Shown here piece after piece: positions 58,146 through 64,000 of a stretch of 64,000 nucleotides of DNA. The DNA is taken from the NCBI GenBank assembly GCA_035390885.1, contig DAOOUW010000005.1, forward strand, positions 1,913 through 65,912, written 5' to 3'. The notes below the pieces were generated by a model. That model saw only the letters and a list, made by a program, of their open reading frames with translations, was not told the origin of the DNA and ran no database searches. This stretch comes from Bacteroidota bacterium (lineage in GTDB: Bacteria > Bacteroidota > Ignavibacteria > UBA10030). A program made the translations under genes and the position numbers. How positions within the stretch are numbered: position 1 is the first letter of the stretch; every line of letters starts with the position of its first letter.

Positions 58146-58159
58146 TGCAAACGTTTGTG
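58146..58159 (+). promoter_or_regulatory. Second LacI-type operator (TGCAAACGTTTGTG) upstream of the symporter gene
   Basis: It has the same CAAACGTTTG core as 57098-57111 and lies 47 nt upstream of ATG 58207. Confidence 0.6.
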
Positions 58160-58206
58160 GAATAAATACTTTAGAAAATCTCTATGTCTCACTGGAAGGA
58201 GAAGAT

Positions 58207-59883
58207 ATGGAAGCAATAGGATTATCTGTAATTGATTGGCTCATCATTCTGATTTATTTTGCATTTGTCATCGGTATCGGATTTTATTTGCGCCGTTATA
58301 CTAAAAGTCATGAAGATTTTTTTCTCGCTGGTCGAAAGAATTCATCGTGGGTTGCGGGTTTAGCATTCCTTTCTGCAAATCTTGGAGCGCTCGAGCTCTT
58401 AGGAATGACGGGCAATACCTTTAAGTATGGAATGTATGTTGCGCATTTTTACTGGATTGGCGCAATTCCAGCAATGGTCTTCCTTGGCGTCTATATGATG
58501 CCCTTCTACTACAGCAGCAAAATACATTCTATTCCAGGTTATCTTAAATTGCGCTTTGACGAAAAAACTCGGGTACTCAACGGAATTGCTTTTGCTATCA
58601 TGACGCTTCTTGTTTCTGGAATCAATCTCTATGCAATGGCGTTAGTGCTCCATACATTCTTAGGATGGAATTGGGATGTTAGTATGTGGATTTCTGCAAT
58701 TACAGTTGCAGTCTATGTTGGATTGAGTGGATTGATGTCTGCAATTTTTACCGAGATCATTCAATTTTTTCTCATCTGGTTTGGACTGTTTCTCGTTTCA
58801 GTGTTAGGTTTAATTGAAATTGGAAGCGTCAATGAAATTCTTGCTCGCTTAAATCAATTTAGTCCCGATATATCGCTCACAACACTCTGGTCTTCGTCCG
58901 CCGATCCAATGAAAAATGGAATGCATGTGCATTGGGCTGGCATTGTGCTGGGACTTGGTTTTGTTCTTTCTTTCGGTTACTGGACGACCGATTTTTTGGT
59001 AGTGCAGCGAGCATTCTCGGCGAAAGATCTTCGTTCGGCGCGAATGACGCCAATTCTTGCCTCGTTCTTTAAGATGGCATTGCCGTTCATTGTTATTCTT
59101 GCAGGACTTATTGCAATTGTTCTATCGATCGATCCTAAGAGCGGTTTTCATCTACTACAGGATGGCGGTCAAATAAATTATGATTCAGCTCTTCCAATGC
59201 TCATTGCTCGGTACTATCCACCAGGTTTAGTCGGGCTTGGTGTAACGGCGCTCCTTGCAGGTTTTATGGCTGGACAAGCGGGAAATATTAGCGCATTTAA
59301 TACAGTGTGGACGTACGATATTTACAAAGCAGTTCTTAATCGTAATGCTTCGGACTCGCATTTGCTTTGGATGGGAAGAGTTTCCACAATTGTTGGAGTT
59401 GCTATTTCTTTGATTACTGCGTACTGGGCAAAAAGTTTTCCAAGCATTATGGATTATATGCAGGCAATCTTTTCGTGGGTAAATGCGCCGCTCTTTGCAA
59501 CAATGCTCCTTGGAATGTTCTTGTGGTGGATTACGCCGAACGGCGCTTTCTGGGGACTGATTACTGGAATGCTTTCATCTTTTTTGATGTATCTTGCTGT
59601 AAAGTTTGAATGGATACCTCAGAGTTTGATAACTCTTTCTTCTGTGCAGAGCGATATGGCGGCAAATTTTTGGAGAGCATGGTGGGCTTGGCTCATCTGC
59701 GCTGTGGTAACAGTTGCGGTGAGTCTCTTGACAAAGAAGAAACCAAAAGAAGAACTTGTTGGATTGGTAAAAGGATTAACTCCCCAAACTCTGGATGCGA
59801 ATATTCCATTTGTGAAGAAGCCTGAATTCTATGCTCTTATCTCACTGGCAGTTTTTGTTTTACTGAATATTTGGTTCTGGTAA
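58207..59883 (+). CDS. Sodium:solute symporter family (SSF/SGLT-like) sugar transporter
   Basis: 558 aa with ~14 TM segments. FLAGRKNSSWVAGLAFLSANLGALELLGMTG is typical of the SSF N-terminus. Confidence 0.85.
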   Translation: MEAIGLSVIDWLIILIYFAFVIGIGFYLRRYTKSHEDFFLAGRKNSSWVAGLAFLSANLGALELLGMTGNTFKYGMYVAHFYWIGAIPAMVFLGVYMMPFYYSSKIHSIPGYLKLRFDEKTRVLNGIAFAIMTLLVSGINLYAMALVLHTFLGWNWDVSMWISAITVAVYVGLSGLMSAIFTEIIQFFLIWFGLFLVSVLGLIEIGSVNEILARLNQFSPDISLTTLWSSSADPMKNGMHVHWAGIVLGLGFVLSFGYWTTDFLVVQRAFSAKDLRSARMTPILASFFKMALPFIVILAGLIAIVLSIDPKSGFHLLQDGGQINYDSALPMLIARYYPPGLVGLGVTALLAGFMAGQAGNISAFNTVWTYDIYKAVLNRNASDSHLLWMGRVSTIVGVAISLITAYWAKSFPSIMDYMQAIFSWVNAPLFATMLLGMFLWWITPNGAFWGLITGMLSSFLMYLAVKFEWIPQSLITLSSVQSDMAANFWRAWWAWLICAVVTVAVSLLTKKKPKEELVGLVKGLTPQTLDANIPFVKKPEFYALISLAVFVLLNIWFW

Positions 59884-59892
59884 AGGAGGAAA

Positions 59893-60111
59893 ATGTTTAT
59901 GGATGAACAACAACAGCAACAGGTTAAACCAATTTGGTATTTTGTAGGACTCATTTTGATGATTATGGGAGGAATAATTTTTTGTACTGGAATTTATTTG
60001 TACTTCCATCCTTCAATGAACCCTACTGTTTTAGCTGAAACTCACCCCAATCTCTGGTGGGGAAGTATTATGATATTGTTTGGATTTATTATGTATAGAG
60101 TGTCGAAGTAA
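59893..60111 (+). CDS. Small two-TM membrane protein downstream of the symporter
   Basis: 72 aa with two hydrophobic helices. It is tightly packed between the symporter and galK. Confidence 0.5.
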   Translation: MFMDEQQQQQVKPIWYFVGLILMIMGGIIFCTGIYLYFHPSMNPTVLAETHPNLWWGSIMILFGFIMYRVSK

Positions 60112-60124
60112 AGAAAATCTATAG

Positions 60125-61279
60125 ATGGATTATCGAAACGAAGTAGAAGAACAATTCCGACGGCGATTTAATGAGACTCCGTGTATCGTGCGTTCACCAG
60201 GAAGAATCAATCTTATTGGCGAGCATACAGATTATAACGATGGTTTTGTTTTGCCGGGCGCGATTGATAAAGCAATATATTTTGCAGTTACTCCACGGAA
60301 CGACAATACAATTAGTCTTGTTGCTCTCGATGTCAATGAAGTTTCTCAATTCAATGTTGAATCTATTGTTCCGACAGGAACATGGCAAAAGTATATTCTT
60401 GGCGTAGTTGATCAGTTACAGAAACGTGGAATTTCTGTTGGTGGATTCAATTGTGTGTTTGGTGGAAATATTCCGATTGGCGCTGGATTATCTTCGTCAG
60501 CTGCGGTAGAAGTTGGAATTGGCTTTGCACTCAATACAATTTTTGATTTTGGAATTTCAAAATCTGAACTTGCAACAATCGCTCAGCATGCTGAACATGA
60601 ATTTGTTGGAGTAAAATGTGGCATTATGGATCAGTATGCAAATATCTATGGTGAAAAAAATTCGGTCCTAAAAATTGATTGCCGTTCCCTTACCCATACG
60701 ATCTATCCAATGAATCCAAACGTAAAGATTATGTTGTTCAATACTGGAGTTTCACATAATCTTGCATCATCAGAATATAACAAACGACGCGCAGAATGCA
60801 CCGAAGGAGTAAAAATCTTACGTCGATGGTATCCTCAAATTACTCATTTGAGAGATGGTACTCCTGAAATTCTCGAGCAGCATCGTTCAGCATTCGATTC
60901 AATAGTTTATCGGCGTTGTTTGTATGTTACAGAAGAAAATATTCGCGTTGAGAAAGCGTGTTTAGCTTTGAAGCAGAACGATCTTCGAACGCTCGGTCAA
61001 TTACTCTATGAATCTCACGAAGGTTTATCAAAAAAATATGAGGTAAGTTGCGCTGAGCTCGATTTCTTGGTAGATACCGTGCGATTGTTTCCTGAAGTTT
61101 ATGGCGGGAGATTGATGGGCGGCGGCTTTGGCGGCTGTACAATCAACCTTGTGAACTCCGAAGCTGTGCAAGAGGTTAGTTTGTTCATTGAGAAAAAATA
61201 CGAAGAACGATTCTCGCGAAAATTAACAACATACATTGTATCACTATCAGATGGAACAAGCGTTGAGCAATTGGCATGA
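60125..61279 (+). CDS. galK: Galactokinase
   Basis: SPGRINLIGEHTDYNDGFVLP, GAGLSSSAA, GGRLMGGGFGGC. Confidence 0.95.
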   Translation: MDYRNEVEEQFRRRFNETPCIVRSPGRINLIGEHTDYNDGFVLPGAIDKAIYFAVTPRNDNTISLVALDVNEVSQFNVESIVPTGTWQKYILGVVDQLQKRGISVGGFNCVFGGNIPIGAGLSSSAAVEVGIGFALNTIFDFGISKSELATIAQHAEHEFVGVKCGIMDQYANIYGEKNSVLKIDCRSLTHTIYPMNPNVKIMLFNTGVSHNLASSEYNKRRAECTEGVKILRRWYPQITHLRDGTPEILEQHRSAFDSIVYRRCLYVTEENIRVEKACLALKQNDLRTLGQLLYESHEGLSKKYEVSCAELDFLVDTVRLFPEVYGGRLMGGGFGGCTINLVNSEAVQEVSLFIEKKYEERFSRKLTTYIVSLSDGTSVEQLA

Positions 61280-62343
61280 AATCTATAGCTAATAATTTGG
61301 AATCTATTCCACATCGAAGAAAAAATATCCTTACCGGCGAATGGATTCTTGTGTCGCCTCATCGGACACAACGTCCATGGCAAGGTGAAGTACACAATAC
61401 ATCGGATGAGAAACGTCCAGCGTACGATCCTCAATGCTATCTCTGTCCTGGAAATAAACGAGCCAATGGTGAAACGAATCCTAATTATACAGGTACTTTT
61501 GTCTTCACAAATGATTTTTCGGCATTGCTTCCGGATTCGCCATCAGTTCGAGAAGTGAAAGACGAATTTTTTATCGCTCAAAGTGAAAAAGGTATTTGTC
61601 GTGTTGTAAATTATTCGCCTCGCCACGATCTTACATTAGCCGAGATGACGGCTCTTGAAATCGAAGCTGTCATTGATGTATGGATTGATGAATTTAGGAC
61701 TTTAGGCGCACAACCGTTTATCAACTATGTTCAAATTTTTGAGAACAAAGGTACAATGATGGGGAATAGCAATCCTCATCCGCATTGTCAAATTTGGGCG
61801 CAGGAACATATTCCGAACGAGCCTCAGAAAGAACAGAAACAATTTCTTCGATATTTTAGAAAACACAGACGAAGCTTGCTGGAGAAGTATGGAGAGGCTG
61901 AGGTACGGTTGGGCGACCGAATAGTCTACGAGAATGATTCTTTCCTTGTTGTTGTTCCTTACTGGGGAATATGGCCCTTTGAAACGCTTCTCTTTCCAAA
62001 GAAGAAGCGAGCGACAATATTAGATTTAAAATTAGAAGAGAAAAATGATTTTGCTGATGCGCTGAAGATTGTTACTGTAAAGTACGACAATGTTTTTCAA
62101 ACATCATTTCCTTACTCGGCTGGAATTCATCAAGCGCCGACCGATAGACGGCAACATCCTGAATGGCATTTCCACATGCATTTTTATCCGCCGCTGCTTC
62201 GTTCAGCTTCGATAAGAAAATTTATGGTCGGATATGAAATGTTAGCAGAACCTCAAAGAGATGTTACTCCTGAATACAGCGCTGATGTATTGCGGAAACA
62301 ACCTAATGTCCATTATTTGTTGAGTCAGGAAAATAAACGGTGA
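61276..62343 (+). CDS. galT: Galactose-1-phosphate uridylyltransferase
   Basis: CYLCPGN (zinc site) and NPHPHCQIWA (HPH active site). A 4-nt overlap links it to galK. Confidence 0.9.
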   Translation: MKSIANNLESIPHRRKNILTGEWILVSPHRTQRPWQGEVHNTSDEKRPAYDPQCYLCPGNKRANGETNPNYTGTFVFTNDFSALLPDSPSVREVKDEFFIAQSEKGICRVVNYSPRHDLTLAEMTALEIEAVIDVWIDEFRTLGAQPFINYVQIFENKGTMMGNSNPHPHCQIWAQEHIPNEPQKEQKQFLRYFRKHRRSLLEKYGEAEVRLGDRIVYENDSFLVVVPYWGIWPFETLLFPKKKRATILDLKLEEKNDFADALKIVTVKYDNVFQTSFPYSAGIHQAPTDRRQHPEWHFHMHFYPPLLRSASIRKFMVGYEMLAEPQRDVTPEYSADVLRKQPNVHYLLSQENKR

Positions 62344-62418
62344 CAATAGTGTTGAATCTAAAGAACTTGTGCATCGTAAAATAGATGCAAGGCAAAATGA
62401 ATAATCAGGAGGACTTCA

Positions 62419-63321
62419 ATGACAAAGGATTCAAAGACAATAATAAAAATTAGTTATAACATTTTACTGCTGTTTTGTGCAAGTCTATTTCTTCAACTTC
62501 CACTTTGTGCACAAACCATGGTCAATACAAATGACACCTTAATGGTGTACGAGACATTAAGGGCGCCAAAAATCGATGGCTTCGGGAATGATTTATGCTG
62601 GCAGGAGATTACATGGGAGCCGATCAACTACGTCTGGATTCCTTATGGAGCGCAGTGTGATACCACATCATTTGTCGGAAAATATAAATGTTGCTGGTCA
62701 TCTAAGACGAACAGGCTTTACTTCTTTATCGAAGTAAAAGATAATGCCTTTGTAGATGGATTTGTACCAGGAAAAGAGCCGGATATCTATAATTTCGATA
62801 TTGCAGAAGTATTCATTGATGAAGATGCATCAGGCGGTCTCCATGTATTTGATGCTGCTGGAAAAGATACGCTGGAGTGGGGGGTGAATGCTGAGAATGC
62901 TTTTACCTACCATATCTACGCTCCGTTTCCAGCAGAAGGAAAAACTTCAACCCATCCTTATGTTGCCGATCTTGCAGGCAAAAGCTGGGATGATGTTCAG
63001 CATGTAAATTATGCATCCCATTTGCCCGAGTTCGCATTGCGCAAAGAAGGTAATACTGCATTCTGGGAGTTCTCTCTGATTGTTTACAATAGCACATTCG
63101 ATATTGCTCGTCATAAATCCAAAGAGGTAAGATTATTTCCGGGGAAAGTAATGGGATTTTCTGTTGCTTACTGTGACAATGATTTTGCTGATGGCGTAAG
63201 GGATGCTATGTTTGGTTCGGATTGGGAACCGGCGCCTGGAAATCTTCACTGGATGAATGCAGATTATTTCCGGAAAGTGAAGTTGATGCCTCATCAACCG
63301 GTTTCGATTCATAAGAAATAA
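62419..63321 (+). CDS. Secreted CBM9-like (DUF1083-type) carbohydrate-binding protein
   Basis: 300 aa with a signal peptide. APKIDGFGNDLCWQEITW resembles the CBM9 family N-terminus. AGGAGG RBS. Confidence 0.5.
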   Translation: MTKDSKTIIKISYNILLLFCASLFLQLPLCAQTMVNTNDTLMVYETLRAPKIDGFGNDLCWQEITWEPINYVWIPYGAQCDTTSFVGKYKCCWSSKTNRLYFFIEVKDNAFVDGFVPGKEPDIYNFDIAEVFIDEDASGGLHVFDAAGKDTLEWGVNAENAFTYHIYAPFPAEGKTSTHPYVADLAGKSWDDVQHVNYASHLPEFALRKEGNTAFWEFSLIVYNSTFDIARHKSKEVRLFPGKVMGFSVAYCDNDFADGVRDAMFGSDWEPAPGNLHWMNADYFRKVKLMPHQPVSIHKK

Positions 63322-63344
63322 TTATTGATAGAAGGTTGGAGAAA

Positions 63345-64000
63345 ATGATTCGTACAGTTTTTCAAAAAATACTTTTAAGCTTATTCATTGTCTTCACATT
63401 TTTAAATGGTCAGCCAAAAAAAGAAATAGTTGTGAAGTATAAAGATAGCGAAACTCAACTTCCGCGATGGGTTCGTGTCATTCCGTATGATGATAACATT
63501 ATTCGTGTTGTTGCTTCAGCAGATTCATTGCTTTCAGCTCGGCGAAGTTTAGTGGTAGTTTCTCAACCTCAGGAGAAGCCGTCTTATTTTATTAAAGAGA
63601 AGAACGGATTACTCTCGCTTGAAACTTCTAAACTTCTTGTACAGGTTTCAAAATCGTCTGGCGCTGTTTCATTCTTTTCGAAAGATGGAAAAGTGTTGCT
63701 GAAGGAAGAATCTAATGGTGGACGAACGATTACGCCAACGAATGTTTTAGGCGAACAAGCTTATGCAATTCACCAAGCCTTCGAGGCAAAACCGGGTGAG
63801 GCTTTCTATGGTTTAGGTCAGCATCAGAATGGTATAATGAATTACCGTGGACATGACGTCGATCTCTGGCAGTACAATCTCGTTGTTGCTATACCTATTT
63901 TAGTTTCGAGTAATATGTACGGAATACTCTGGGACAATTACTCTCGTACAAAATTTGGCGATCCTCGCGAATATCAATCGCTCGATCAATGTGTTCTCTA
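63345..64000 (+). CDS. GH31-like alpha-glycosidase (alpha-xylosidase/glucosidase type), partial (5' part only)
   Basis: Not in the ORF track (runs off the edge). My translation reads MIRTVFQKILLSLFIVFTFLNGQ...EAFYGLGQHQNGIMNYRGHDVDLWQYNLVVAIPILVSSNMYGILWDNYSRTKFGD, which resembles the N-terminal domain of Bacteroidota GH31 enzymes. Confidence 0.65.
   Translation, partial: MIRTVFQKILLSLFIVFTFLNGQPKKEIVVKYKDSETQLPRWVRVIPYDDNIIRVVASADSLLSARRSLVVVSQPQEKPSYFIKEKNGLLSLETSKLLVQVSKSSGAVSFFSKDGKVLLKEESNGGRTITPTNVLGEQAYAIHQAFEAKPGEAFYGLGQHQNGIMNYRGHDVDLWQYNLVVAIPILVSSNMYGILWDNYSRTKFGDPREYQSLDQCVL

Overview
64-kb chromosomal window, roughly 40% G+C by eye. It looks like an FCB-group bacterium of the Ignavibacteriota/Bacteroidota type. 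Three secreted proteins end in a type-IX-secretion C-terminal domain (..NYPNPFNP..GVY..K). A PorQ/PorV-like barrel and a full MoxR-DUF58-BatA-BatB-BatD-BatE aerotolerance operon are also present. Content left to right: aspartokinase/PfkB kinase/HisA-like operon; GH2 hydrolase; AmiC-type amidase; mutY-like + ogg pair; secreted LTD-PLD nuclease-like protein; TatD; HEAT-cyclophilin fusion. Next is a 7-kb accessory segment bounded by ~370-410-bp direct composite repeats. It holds a DUF1080/FG-GAP propeller, a low-GC two-gene island (an AlbA_2/Schlafen-like protein and a duplicated-module + BRCT protein) and a BNR propeller. Then: Bat operon; tRNA-Leu(UAG); tig-clpP-clpX; PorQ-like barrel; add; MBL hydrolase; a low-GC envelope-glycosylation cluster (two GT-C-like membrane proteins, GT2, methyltransferase); secG; tRNA-Lys(CUU); rplM-rpsI; rpsB-tsf-pyrH-frr; PspC; polA; PL1 pectate lyase; and a LacI-regulated galactose cluster (SSF symporter, galK, galT, CBM9-like, GH31). 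No rRNA, CRISPR array, transposase or integrase was seen. The most unusual signals are: (i) a dispersed, structured ~120-140-nt intergenic repeat family (at least 9 copies, with compensatory stem changes), plus associated palindromic hairpins and a nested 64-nt palindromic cassette; (ii) the low-GC AlbA_2 + BRCT gene pair, a candidate uncharacterised conflict/defence module; (iii) a glycosylation module bracketed by inverted copies of the repeat. All calls come from reading the sequence and the ORF translations. No database search, folding program or statistics were run.
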